Position numbers and translations under genes: made by a program. This document shows positions 51,614 to 64,000 of a stretch of DNA of 64,000 bases, in pieces. Below the pieces are notes generated by a model, which did not search any database, was not told the DNA's origin, and worked only from the letters and a program-made list of their open reading frames with translations. Each line of letters begins with the position of its first letter. The stretch's first letter is position 1. This DNA is from Flaccisagitta enflata (taxonomy: Eukaryota): NCBI GenBank assembly GCA_965153355.1, contig OZ231126.1:3782001-3846000 (forward strand), written 5' to 3'.

Positions 51614-52135
51614 CAGTCAGCCTAGGTAGCAGCATCATCACCAGTGTCTATATTAATTGTCTGGTAGGTTTTTAGCATGTATCTTGCTCATCTTGACTCA
51701 TTGCAAAACACAGTAAAGCTCCATATTCTTGGAGAAAAAATGTGCCAGAAACTGAGTGGCAGATACCGCTCATTTACACTACTCCAGGCGGTATGAAATG
51801 AGTCCCAGGTGTCAATTATGGCTGTAATTCGTGTGACCCATGTAAATACGAGCCAATCCATGTGCTGGAGGCCATATTGAAACATTTCAGCTGTTTCCGT
51901 ATTAGTACCCTAGTAATAGAGCTGAATAATTGGGTAAGTTGCAAGACTGAATTGGGATCGAATGAATGAATAAAAGACCAGCTGGAAAATAAATTTACTC
52001 GCGTAACAAATTTTGTAAAGAAAGCATTCAATAGAATAGTCAACGAAATTAGAACAACAACAGAAACAACACGATCACATCTTGTCAAAATTGTTGGTCG
52101 CGTGCGAGTCACAAATGCATGAGCAATACGTCTGT

Positions 52136-52426
52136 TAGGGTGCCTAGAAAAGCCAAAATAGCACTCCACTTGGCAAAAATGTTTTTCCTTTGCAAAAACG
52201 CTTTCTTATGAGCCATTGCGCAATTTTTAAATAAATCAAGAACTATTTTAAGGGTGACTTTGAAATTTTCTATAGATCTGTATGAGCGGGACAAAATTTA
52301 CATATAAGAAAAATAATTTCTAGATTGATTTAAAAATCGCGCATAAGTTCATTTGAAAATATTTTGGCAAAAAAAAAAAAAAACAAATTGCAAGGCGAAG
52401 TAGTTTTGGCTTTTCCAGGCACCCTA
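52136..52426. mobile_element. MITE with ~23 bp TIRs
   Basis: TAGGGTGCCTAGAAAAGCCAAAA / TTTTGGCTTTTCCAGGCACCCTA. Confidence 0.75.
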
Positions 52427-52581
52427 ACAAACGTTATGAGCAAAGACGAACATTATGGCACGAAATCGACGGTGATGCGAGAATCCAATTCTTAGTCGCG
52501 GACTCGCGACCTACTATTTGAGGCTTTGTCCGTTCGTCCATCCATCCGCTCAAATCAAAAAGTGTGGGGATGCACGTTTTA

Positions 52582-52689
52582 CTGGAGGATGTTCACACGG
52601 ACGACTTAAGCACCTTCTTCAAGCACCTTCTTTATATGAAATAAGGTGCTTGAGAAGGTGCTTAAGGCGTCCACGTGAACGTCCTCCAG
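52582..52689. repeat. ~108 bp hairpin (tiny MITE) nested in a HINE copy, just downstream of the MPP6 stop
   Basis: CTGGAGGATGTTCACACGGACGACTTAAGCACCTTCT... pairs with ...AGAAGGTGCTTAAGGCGTCCACGTGAACGTCCTCCAG. Confidence 0.85.
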
Positions 52690-52845
52690 CAGTGCCCCTG
52701 TGGCGACGTGTGTGTGGAAGAGAGTGGGGTCCTATGCCCCTGCTCACCTTTCCACGACGATATTGTAACCCCAGCTTGCTAGTTTACAAATCAGTGGATG
52801 TACTTTTATACCGATTGTCGAAGAGTATCCAATTGTATTCAACTA

Positions 52846-53011
52846 TTAGTACTCTTTGGGTTTGAGAAAGGTCTTCACTTCTCCGATTATCTTATTTGGA
52901 GTCTTTTGTTTTTTGACAGTGTCTTCTTGTTCGTCTTCGTCCGATGACTCGTTTTGGCGCTGCCGCTTCGTCTTGAATTTCTTATCCATATTTTTCACGA
53001 AGGAACTGTAC
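52846..53011 (-). CDS. MPHOSPH6: MPP6 exon 5 (terminal)
   Basis: ggttttcag|g-YSSFVKNMDKKFKTKRQRQNESSDEDEQEDTVKKQKTPNKIIGEVKTFLKPKEY*; KKF..KR and C-terminal FLKP motifs; five exons total 558 nt = 185 aa plus stop. Confidence 0.93.
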
Positions 53012-53415
53012 CTGAAAACCAGGAAAAAGAACATGAGCAAGTGACGCAGGGACACGATGTGGCCGGGTGGGCTGGGGTGTCCAAACCCCATCCACACCCC
53101 AACCCCCACAAACAAACATACGCAACAAGTATAAAAACACTCGTTTTTCTTCCAACTCTTGCCAACGGATGGACGGACCGACGGACGGACAAAGCATCTT
53201 GTTGAGTTGCGTGTCCGCAACTGTTAAGGACTGAGACGAACCGAGATAAGGACAAACACGACGGACGGCCAGTCGCATTGAGGAGAGACTCGAAGTAGAT
53301 GGAATCAATTCACGGATACAAAGAGGAGACAGATCAAAGCATGGAGACAAAGAGTTGCATGTTGCATGTGTAAGGATGATGTCCAAATTGAACTTCACAC
53401 AAAGCGGATTCTTAC

Positions 53416-53528
53416 TGGTTGGCCATGTCTTCGTCTGTGACAGACGTTTCCGCGTTCTCATCATCATTTTCCTCCTCTTCCGATTTTCCTTCGTTACGCA
53501 TCAGAGTTTCCACTTCAGGATTCATCCC
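53416..53528 (-). CDS. MPHOSPH6: MPP6 exon 4
   Basis: gtttaaag|GMNPEVETLMRNEGKSEEEENDDENAETSVTDEDMAN-ca|gtaaga; G.NPEVE.LM and V.DE.MA motifs. Confidence 0.93.
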
Positions 53529-53617
53529 CTTTAAACAACAACCAAGATGTCAAATGTCATAACTTGTTAGCACCGTCTCAACGGTCGGTCTTGTGAGTTG
53601 TAACACTTATCTGACCA

Positions 53618-55098
53618 CCCCCCAAAGAAAAACCAAAAAACCGTTTCTGGGGACCCCAAGAACTATCATCTAGGATGTCTTGGTTACCCAAAAGAACATC
53701 AGACGAAATCATTTGAAGGCAAAATTTGGATTAATATTATTTTTTTTTGAAAAAATCAAGCATTTTTCAGCATATTTGGCACTTTTTATGATCATATAGC
53801 TTCCTTAACTTTAGAAAATACCTGAAAAGTGTAGGGATACCTCATATACAACTGCTTTTACCATTTCAAGCTAGTTCTGGTTAATATTTACAAGATTAGA
53901 GCAAAAAAATAGCAGAAAACCAGCAAATTAAGCCATTTTTTAACATTTTTTCTGCTTAAAATTACTCTAGCTATTTCAAAAACCCTGTAAACTATAAAAA
54001 GTGTGTGGGAACAGTTGAACTTCAGATGGTTTCACTATTTTTTGCAAGTTTGATGAAATATTTGTCACCCTAAAAGATTAAAAAATGACTTAAAACAATA
54101 AATTTAGTTTTTTTTAAGTAATTTAAGGCTTTTGAGTTTTAAATACCCTCAAATTATTTTAAAGAGGTATGAATGTATACATTTTATATATTTTAACGTA
54201 TAATTGACTAATTTGTATTTTTGAAAATATTTGATTAACTAAAGGCTTAATTATATTTTTGTTTTGACCATTTTTAAGCCCTTAAGTATATTACCCACAG
54301 TATAGCTTTAACAGCATTAGAAAGCAGAAATGTGTTTTGTAATTTCTTCGGGGGACATGCAGAGAGGGGTGTATACATGTATACATAGACAATAGCGTAA
54401 TGTACAAGCAACTAAAAGTCTGCTTAATTGAAAGATGTGTATCCAGCCTTGTTTACAATGGTTCCTCTGTTACATGTGTGGAAGGCACCCAAAGCTAATC
54501 ATCCAATAACAACATTAATGCAGAAATTTTTTTGGCTCCTAAGCTATATTTTAGGTAACATGTTTTAAATAGCTATCTAATAAAGGGATAGAAAAAAAAA
54601 ATAGTTTGAGGGTATTTGAAACTCAAAAGCCTTAAATTACTTAAAAAACCCTAGATTTACTGTTTTAAGTCATTTCTTAATCTTTTAGGGTAACAGATAT
54701 TTCATATCTCACACGCTTTTTATAGTTTACAGGGTTTTTGAAGTAGCTAGAACAATTTTAGGCAGAAAAAATGTGAAAAAATGGCTTAATTTGCTGTTTT
54801 TCTGCTATTTTCTTGCTCTAATCTTTTAAATATTAACCAGAACTAGCTTGAAATGATAAAAGCAGTTGCATATCAGGTATCCCTACACTTTTCAGGTATT
54901 TTCTAAAGTTTAGGAAGCTATATGATCAGAAAAAGTGCCAAATATGCTAAAAAATGCTTGATTTTTGCAAATAAAATAACATAAATCTAAATTTTGCCTT
55001 CAAATGATTTCGTCTGATGTTCTTCTGGGTAACCAAGACATCCTAGATGATAGTTTTTGGGGTCCCCAGAAACGGTTTTTTGGTTTTTCTTTGGGGGG
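53618..55098. mobile_element. Foldback element with ~500 bp inverted arms in MPP6 intron 3
   Basis: CCCCCCAAAGAAAAACCAAAAAACCGTTTCTGGGGACCCC... (53618-~54155) pairs with ~54600-55098 ...GGGGTCCCCAGAAACGGTTTTTTGGTTTTTCTTTGGGGGG. Confidence 0.88.
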
Positions 55099-55604
55099 CT
55101 ATCTAGAGGGGGGTGTGACAGTAGGCATGAAAAGCAGTATCAACACACAAAAAGTTAAGAGGCACAATTTCAATAAGCCCGGCGCAGTTTGATGTATTTT
55201 CAAGTGCAGTAACTCCAAGGCATAATAATACAATGACATTTTGAAAGTTAAAATCTCGTCTTACTGGGCCAACTAATAGTACGGTTTTTTTTTGGCAGCG
55301 GCCCCAAAGGGGTCGATGATCTGAATGCTTTCACACATATGCTTATGGGAAATTTTCTCTTCCCCCACTCCTTCCTCTATTCCACCGAGGAGGCGAAAAG
55401 AGTAGGTCATTGACCCCTTTTATGTCGCTTCCCTACTTTTTCCAACACTACAACCTACTTAAGCAGGGCACGGGTACCGCTGACCATATAACGCTTTTGC
55501 GACAATTATACTTATTGCGCGGATGTACATACATATATTTTTTTTGCGCCTAATCGTTGGATATGTGTCGTTCTTATAGTTATACGCGCAATCATTCAAA
55601 TAAC

Positions 55605-55707
55605 CTGAAAACTGAAGCGGCCGAAGTTGAGTTGCTCCAAAACAGTGATAGAATTGACATACTCGAACAATTCGTGGTCAGCGTCGCCTTCTTCTGGAGG
55701 GTCAACC
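55605..55707 (-). CDS. MPHOSPH6: MPP6 exon 3
   Basis: ctctccgtag|g-VDPPEEGDADHELFEYVNSITVLEQLNFGRFSFQ|gttatt; GR.SF motif. Confidence 0.92.
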
Positions 55708-56227
55708 CTACGGAGAGAGAGTGAGTGAGTGAGTGAGTGAAGGGGTTTTTGCATTGGGCTCATTATCTAGATATTATCTAGATATTGCCTATGCAATATT
55801 ACGATAACTTTCCCAATGCGAAAACCCCTTAGGTGAGTGATAGACAAAGGGGCAGACAGAGAGATGGAGGGAAAAAGAGAGCGAGGGCGAGAGCGAGAGA
55901 CAGATAGAGAGAGAAAGTCGCAGGCAGACAGACACAAGAGAGACAGACACCGACTTAGAGACAGACAGAGACCGACTTAAAGACAGACAGAGACCGACTT
56001 AAAGACCGAAAAGACGGACAGACACTGACACAGACGGACAGAGATACACACAGTTGGACAGAGACAGAAAGACAGGCACACACAGAAAGAGCGAGAGTCA
56101 GGGAAGGGTGGTGGGGGGGGGGGGACCGAATAAGGCTGTGATTCCTAGTTTGTACGTTAGAATCATGACCAAGTTTTAAATCAACTAGGATGGGTGGTCC
56201 ACTGGTCCACGTCCGGAAATGGGAACA

Positions 56228-56700
56228 AGTGCGAGATATAAAGCAACGATAAAACTGGTGAATTACTTGGACATGATTGCGAAATATAGCAACGATTAAT
56301 TACTTAGACATGAGTGCGAAATATGAAGCAACGATTAATTACTTGGACATGAGTGCGAAATATGGCAACGATTAATTACTTGGACATGAGCGCGAGATAT
56401 AGCGACAATTAATTACTTGGACATGAGCGCGAAATATAGCAACGATTAATTACTTGGACATGAGTGCGAAATATAGCAACGATTAATTACTTGGACATGA
56501 GTGCGAAATATAAAGCAACGAATAATTACTTGGACATGAGTGCGAAATATAAAGCAACGAATAATTACTTGGACATGAGTGCGAAATATGGCAACGATTA
56601 ATTACTTGGACATGAGCGCGAAATATAGCAACGATTAATTACTTGGACATGAGCGCGAAATATAGCAACGATTAATTACTTGGACATGAGTGCGAGATAT
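56228..56700. repeat. Minisatellite, 37/39 bp unit, 12 copies, overlapping the MPP6 exon 2 donor
   Basis: ACTT(G/A)GACATGA at 56265, 56302, 56341, 56378, 56415, 56452, 56489, 56528, 56567, 56604, 56641, 56678. Confidence 0.96.
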
Positions 56701-56765
56701 TCTGCTGGTAACGATTCGATGACCCATTGCTCCTCCAACGCACCGATTTCTTCCTCTTCCACTTC
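56680..56765 (-). CDS. MPHOSPH6: MPP6 exon 2
   Basis: cattcttag|EVEEEEIGALEEQWVIESLPAEYLALMS-aa|gtaatt; phase 2 fits exon 3; conserved EE.W. Confidence 0.87.
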
Positions 56766-57162
56766 CTAAGAATGTAAAATTAGAAAACAAGTCAACAAAA
56801 TGTAATGTAAAGATGAGATCAAATAAGGCGAACGAATGAAGATAATTCGATAAGTTTGGTTACTGTGGGCTTGCTGAAATGTAGGGAAATGAAATCAACG
56901 ATCCATGTAATAACAAGGCCAAGTAGTAAAATAAGGTGCGACGTGTGGATTGTAGAACGAATGGGTTACCCGACTGACCAACCGGCAGACCGACCGACGG
57001 ACACAGCCAGTTATAGAGGTGCTTTGTCGCACCTAAAAACATTTGAGATTCCCAAATGAAACGTTTAGTTCACTCAGGTTCCATGGAAGAAATAACGCCA
57101 CTAAGGGTGTGTGATCGTACATCATTCAGATCTATACAGCAACGTCAGTAAATAAATATTAC

Positions 57163-57252
57163 CTGCTGCAATTTTGATGCGGTCTTTTGCATAAATTTCA
57201 TTTGTAAGAGAGTTTTGGAGAGAGCTCCGTCGTTGTTCGAAGACGACGCCAT
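57163..57252 (-). CDS. MPHOSPH6: M-phase phosphoprotein 6 (nuclear exosome cofactor MPP6), exon 1
   Basis: MASSSNNDGALSKTLLQMKFMQKTASKLQQ|gtaata; LSK.LL.MKFMQ is the MPP6 N-terminal signature. Confidence 0.93.
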
Positions 57253-57553
57253 CTTTTACAGTCAGTAGTAAAGAGCAAAAGCTTGAACTGTAAACTGGTG
57301 ATAAATTAGGCGACTTCGAGTTTCAAATGGACGAAGAGTCAAAAATGAATTTGTCAAATCAACACTAATCCTGGAGATACACACTCGATTTAGAGTTTTA
57401 TTTCATTTCATTTCGTTCCTGGAGTGAAGATCCTGGGCCTGCGGTGGGGAGCACATGGCTTCTGATGATGTCCAATTTTATCTGGGAAAATAGAACTAAT
57501 GGATAAGCACATAAACTGAAAAATAAGGTTTGTTCGCAATTACAGTCAAGTTA

Positions 57554-57727
57554 CAGTTGAACCCCGCTCTAATGGACCCGCGACCAACGGAATTCCACCC
57601 ATAATAGATAAAAATTTTTAATCCCCTCCAGTTAATCTCTTGTTTCCTTTACTAGCAAAAACAAAAGTCCGCCTATAACAAAAGAAAATTGTTAGTCCCT
57701 GAAATTTGTTAGAACGGGGTTCAACTG
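57554..57727. mobile_element. pogo/Tigger-like MITE upstream of MPP6
   Basis: TA|CAGTTGAACCCCGCTCTAA ... TTAGAACGGGGTTCAACTG; related partial copy at ~1902-2030. Confidence 0.75.
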
Positions 57728-58178
57728 AGGATTTTGTCGATAATAGACATCGCATAAAATAAGAGTCTAGTCAAAAGAAACACCATCGCTGAGCCCGGTG
57801 GACGATTTGGACATCATCGTCTGCTTCATGTTTCGGCATTCGTCTGCCACGATAGCCCCCCAAGTGAGGATTTTAAGCAACGGCGACTTAAATGTTGAAA
57901 ATGAGCTTTAGTAGGGTCATTCACTCGTATTGTACCAAAAATATGATTGATTCATTGATTCATAGTTAAGAATAAAATGCCTGGTAGCCATTTTTACCTA
58001 ATACATTTTTCTTATTTTCATATCAATTTCATATTCATAGTCGAGGGTTTTTATATAAATATTATAACTGTTTGATAAATATCTATTTCTATTACTCAAA
58101 ATTCTTGTGAATCAAGTACTATTGAAATTGAAGTTCTTCTATGTTATAGGATTAGATAAAATAATATAAGCTTTAAAA

Positions 58179-58457
58179 AGTGGATGTGGAAATTGAAGCG
58201 GAAGCAGAAGCGGAAGCGGAAGCGGAAGCAGAAGCAGAAGCAGAAGTGGAAGCGGAAGCGGAAGCAGAATCGGAAAAAAAAAAATGAAATGGAAGCGGAA
58301 GCAGAAGTGGAGGCGTAACAATTTAATGAAATGGAAGCGGAGGCGGAAGCGGAAAAAAAGTTTTAATGGAAGCGGAAGCGGAAGCGTAAGTGAAATAAAT
58401 TTGAAAATGGAAGCGGAAGCGCAAGCTGTCCAAAAATTTGGCGCTTCCACATCACTA
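58179..58457. mobile_element. Short TIR element filled with (GGAAGC)n repeats
   Basis: AGTGGATGTGGAA ... TTCCACATCACT termini around a GAAGCG/GAAGCA array. Confidence 0.6.
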
Positions 58458-58743
58458 ATCCCAAGGGCAGATTTATTGTTGGTATCCTACATTGTATATT
58501 CATTGTAACTGGGCCAGTTGGGTAACTCATTTGCGTACATCACACCTTTTAGAGTGTGTGGTTAAGATATATTTGCGCCTTGCAAGCCTGTGCGCGCGGG
58601 AAAGTCGTATTTCTGAGCATGTGAATCAGGTTGTTGTCATCTGTGGGTTTGTACATTGTATGGCTCTGAAAGTGGCGTCATTAAATACTTCGCACTATTT
58701 TTAATCATTTATTGTGCATTTTGTGGCTATCTTTGCCTTGGTT

Positions 58744-58747
<4 letters not shown>

Positions 58748-58822
<75 letters not shown>
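58748..58822. repeat. (AT)n microsatellite
   Basis: Visible directly. Confidence 0.97.
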
Positions 58823-58826
<4 letters not shown>

Positions 58827-59655
58827 TTTCTTACTCGCCAATGAGTGGGTGTGCAAATTTGCATTTATTCTGGTTTCACACCTTGAAAGTGTGCGCAAAA
58901 GGGTGTCGCATGTTTTGAGCGTATGAGCTTGAGTGTGCGCATTTGCAAAGTATTAAGTGTCACACCTTGAAAGTGTGTGCAAAAGTCTGTCGCATATTCT
59001 GAGCTCGTAAATTCTACGCGCGCGTTTGGAATCAAAGATTCACACCTCAAAAGCGTGTGCCATGGGGTTTCGCAAATTCAGAGCATGATTCTCAGCATGA
59101 TGTGCTTATGCGCGTTGAAAGTGTGAACAATTTAGTGTCAATTTAGTATCACACCTTAAACGGTTGTAGAATTGGTTAGGGCAAATTGGACGCATTTGAA
59201 TGGTTTAGGGGAAACGCATTTACATAGTTGATGGAATTATGTATTCACATGGTTCAGAGCAACGCATTTTATAGTTCAGGGCATCGCAATCGTATAGTTT
59301 AGGGCGATGCATCAGCATGGTTTAGGGCAGCGCACTTGCATGGTTTAGTGAAACGCATTTGTATAGTTTAGAGCCTCGCAATTGTATGGTTTAGTGCCAC
59401 GCATTTGGGTGTTGAGCCTGAAAGTGGGACAGTCAAACGGGACTGTGAATGTTGGTGGGTGATTCCGACTCAAAGACAAAAACCTGCCAGATGGCACCAG
59501 AACTAAACTGACTAAGAAGGGAAACGACGAGACTGCAAAAAGAGATGATATGCCATCTAGAAGATTCTATTTCACATCTACCTACTGAAAGAAATAGAAC
59601 GGGCAGAAAGGAAGAGGGAGAGAGAAAGGAGAAATTAGGTGGGGAAGTGAAAGAA

Positions 59656-60050
<395 letters not shown>

Positions 60051-61579
60051 AAAACCACCAGTATTTCGTAGTAATGACGGAACAAATACATACATTACTT
60101 AGTCTATACATCATGAATTTGTACCAGATTACGACTACTGTATGCACTGTAAAAACTATTGTAAATATTGTGTAAACATTGTGCTGTATATCAAGTGGAA
60201 GGTGGGTAAAGCCGTGATATGTTTGTACTTTCATTTCTTTTATTCTCTCGAGGGATGAATTAGCTCATGGTCATTACAGCTTCTCGTATGTTTTTCCTTC
60301 CTATGTTAATAAAGCAATACAAGATGTTTTCTTTCTTTCTTTTTAAAGCAGTACAGGAAACCGATAGCTTCTCTAATGTTTTTTAACACCCCGCTCAAAA
60401 TTAAACGAACTGGGAAACTGATCAAAATTGAGAGTTAATATGCATTGAGAGGTCTGAAATTTGACACAGAGACAGCTAAAACATAGTATTTTTGCAAACC
60501 AAGGCCAAATAGAGCATTCGCAATAGTGTGTGGCCCTGGTAGTGTGCAATGTCAAAAATGCGGTGGAAGATTTCGACTGATTTTGACAAAAAATCTTTTC
60601 TGGGAGTGACGGCATAAACTTTCTCATTTTTCCCATGTGAGCGGGGAGAAAACTGCCCTTCCCGAGTTGTAATATAACTACCAAGCAACAATGATGAATT
60701 GTCCAAGACAGATGATTGGCCCTTGTTTTCAATATCTGGATGCATTGTGAAATCAAAAAGCAAATTGATAAAAATTGTGCTGATAAAAATTGTGCTCCGC
60801 TAGGCATATATAACCAACTTTTGGTTTCCATGGAGACCAAATCGGGGAGGAAAGCAATTACACACCGCCCAGGTACAACAGATGGATGGTTAAATTTGGG
60901 CAGGTATCAGTTTTTATGTATAGTTAGCTAAAAAATTAATTTTTAGTAATGTGGGGTAAAATGGGTCACCATGCTAAAATCCTGAAATTTTCCTCAAAAT
61001 GCTGAGATATTCTTGTTATCCAATCTCAAGGGTCAGAGTAAGTGAGATACAGCTCATTCCCAACCTAAACATTTTGTTCCATTGTTAGTCGCGGACACGC
61101 GACTCTACACCTTGCCGTGTCGGTCGGTCTGTCCGTTGGTCCGTCCGACCGTCTGTCACATTTCTGAATTGCGAGCGGTTTTTGCATTACTGCTCTTGCC
61201 CAACCGTCCAAGACTGTCTTGCCGTGTATCCGGCCTTGGTTTTTTAAAAAAAATCTATTATTGGAAAAAAGTCGAATTATGTAATTGGACTTTTTGAAAC
61301 GTAGGGGAGAAATCGGGTTTCCATTTTCGATTTGGGGCATTTGCGAAAGTTGGACCATTTCCTGACTGGGATGACACATCTTTTTATATTCACAGCTTCA
61401 AATGGCACCAACCAGAAGTCTCTAGGATCAATATTTTTTGTGCTATGATTTTTTGAATCTTTTTTTATTTTTTCACATTTTTTAAAAAATTGATATTTTT
61501 CATTGATCTTGTGTAACGATAGGAAATAGTAAACATGTTTCGCAAATTGACTCCAACTTGTTTGACACTTTTGTTCTGC

Positions 61580-61666
<87 letters not shown>

Positions 61667-61913
61667 GGGGAAACACAGAGAAAGGGAGGGGGAGGGAGGG
61701 AGGGGGGGGTCCCGGAATTTATAGCGACGACTCAACGGCGAAGGAAACCATGGCGATCGCCTAAATGGCGAAGGAACCCATAGCAATAGGGAGGGGGAAA
61801 GAGGGAGGGGAAGCGAGAGAGGGAGGGAGAGAGAGATGGAAGGAGGGGAGGTCAGAAAGAGGGAGAGGGGAAATTACGTAATTCAAGCTCTTGAAACGTA
61901 GGGGAGAAATCAG

Positions 61914-62225
61914 GTTTTCCACTCTGACTTTCTTCTAATCCAATTTAAAAGATTTTGGGTCAAAAGAACAGCAAGGACAACTGTCATGCAGAAGATAAAA
62001 GCAACTTCCACACTATTTCATGATAGAACCATTACATACAAGGTCATTGCCTCAATTGACCATATTGGTGAACAAATTGTACAAGGACATTACGTAGCAC
62101 ACATCAATCATCAAAATCAGTGGTTTCGTTGTGATGATGATCGGATTGTTCCCCTTGGAGCTAACTCACATGAACCAACAGCCAACTCTTACATAATTCT
62201 TCTACAGCTACAAAATCAGCGGTGA
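61914..62225 (+). pseudogene. Ubiquitin-specific protease (peptidase C19) C-terminal His-box fragment
   Basis: In-frame SDFLLIQFKRF...YKVIASIDHIGEQIVQGHYVAHINHQNQWFRCDDDRIV...SYIILLQ resembles USP L.I.LKRF, H.G...GHY.A, WF..DD and AYIL motifs; in-frame TAG at 61899 and no Cys-box seen. Confidence 0.78.
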
Positions 62226-63090
62226 TTGCAATCATTAACAATTGTCTGTTTTTGTATTTGTTCATTAAGTGTTAACAACTGTCTGGAAACCTATATGTAT
62301 TTAAGCGAAAACAAACTTGATAGTATGTGGTCCGTTTTATCTGTTGGTCTGTTTGTCCGGAGGCCCTAGGTGTTCTACAGGTTGATTCGCTGAGGCAGTT
62401 GAATTTTAGACAAGCAGCATATGAGAAAGAAAAATTTTTTTAGCCCATGCTACTGCCACCCTCATGTAATCGAGGATATGACAACCTGACCTCCACGTGG
62501 TGGGGCTCGTGCGAAGAAACGGAGTTTGAAAGAAGAACTTCATTTCTTTTACAAAGAGAGCACCGCTAACACATATTCGCTTCATAACAAAATTGAATTA
62601 ACGCAGAACTAACTTTTTCATCCTAAAAATTTTTCTTAAAATCATTTTTCTTTTAAAAACAATTTTTTCTTGGATCACCAATTTTGGGCAATCTAATAGC
62701 AACTGTGCATAAAAAAAAATCAAAAGCAGAAAAAACCAAAAAAAAAAAAAAAAAAAACAAACCACTGGGCAAAAAACCACTCTCATTTACAACTTTTTTC
62801 CAGTCGGCGAGAGCCGCCTTTATTGGTAGATATAATGATTTGACGCTAAAACGTTATTTTCCAAAAAACTTATCACTTAACCTTATATTTTTTGCCTTTA
62901 AGTACTTCTTTTAGCTCAAGTGATATGTTAGTTCAATCCTTTAGATGCGTCCATCTCTATAAGAGGCTTTGTCCGTCCGCTACACGGTTATTGCTGATTG
63001 CTATCTGTCACGCTGCTTGAAAACAATCGTAAAATGTTCGCAAAGTCGATTTCATCATTTTAGGTTCTGTTATAGGGCTGATGCAATGTT

Positions 63091-63199
<109 letters not shown>

Positions 63200-63426
63200 T
63201 AATGGTCCATCAAAGTGAGAGAATTTAATGGTCCATCAAAGTGATAGCACTTTCGTACAAAAATCCACATTGTGGTTAAGTACAAGGACATGATTTGAAA
63301 CAACATTTTCACTCTACGGCTGCAATTTTACGTCTGCAATATATCTTACGTATTATTACGTAACAACTTTCAAAAGCTTTGTAACAATACAATATAGAAA
63401 TAAATAAGTAACAACTGCCTACTCTC

Positions 63427-64000
63427 CTAAATTATGTTTTGACACATCTGGTTCTTTCCATATCCCAAATCCCAGATTTTCAGGATGACTTGAGCTACTT
63501 CAAGAACTTTGTCTATGTCTACTGAGTAAATTTGTTCAAAATTAATTTTTTTGTTTACTTCATACAGGTTAATTTTTTTATATTTCATACAATAGTTTAT
63601 CTGGTGGCTTTCATCATCTATCACAGAACACTCAGGGCAATTATTGTTCCCATTACCACATGAAAAATTGGCATTGCAACTCAACATCCCATAGTGACCC
63701 ATAATTACTGCTCTTGTTATCACTACTGAACCATAGTTCATTATCTCTAAAGGTTTTCGTTGATAGTCAGGGTTATTTATTGTCTGCAGGATTGTTTGAG
63801 TTTTTGTCTCAAGTTTTGACACTCCCCGCTCTTTGGTGTGCAACTCTTGTTTGAGTCGCTCTTTGTTGGCTTTTTCAGCAGCTTCTTCAACTTCTTTACG
63901 CCATTCATTTTTGGTCTTTTTTCCAGTCTTTTTCAAGCTCCCATTGATCAATTACCTCATTTATTTGCTTGGCCCAGCCAGTATCGTATGAGTCTAGGAC
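63427..64000 (-). mobile_element. 3' end of a non-LTR retrotransposon ORF2 (post-RT region with CCHC zinc motif), disrupted
   Basis: CPECSVIDDESHQINYC zinc motif preceded by GHYGMLSCNANF; upstream GWAKQI segment separated by a frameshift/stop; continues past the right edge. Confidence 0.72.

Noticed and set aside
56228-56700. CRISPR-like array of ~37 bp repeats
   Set aside because: Units are contiguous with no unique spacers, there are no cas genes and the context is eukaryotic; it is a minisatellite.
60373-60840. 155 aa minus-strand ORF
   Set aside because: No domain motif recognised and the composition looks like translated non-coding DNA.

Overview
Repeat-dense eukaryotic genomic DNA, most likely from an invertebrate animal (GT-AG introns, long AG/GAAT/TTC microsatellites); the species cannot be determined. 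Two spliced genes can be reconstructed on the minus strand: the first five coding exons (BTB+BACK) of a KLHL18 orthologue, which runs off the left edge, and a complete five-exon MPHOSPH6/MPP6 gene (185 aa). Also present: a ~3.3 kb uninterrupted low-complexity ORF of unknown family (5983-9273), two class B (secretin-family) GPCR exons (TM1-TM2) with no visible TM3-7, decayed DPF-like PHD exon copies, and a USP His-box fragment. Mobile DNA includes LINE ORF1 and ORF2 fragments, an internally deleted Tc1 element, many MITE/foldback elements and two abundant Helentron-associated (HINE/DINE-1-like) families. A near-identical 2.4 kb inverted duplication (23336-25723 / 37699-40084) truncates the LINE ORF1. 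The most unusual signal is repeated tandem duplication of splice junctions, above all a 12-copy minisatellite built from the MPP6 exon 2 donor site. All assignments come from manual reading and motif recall, not database searches.
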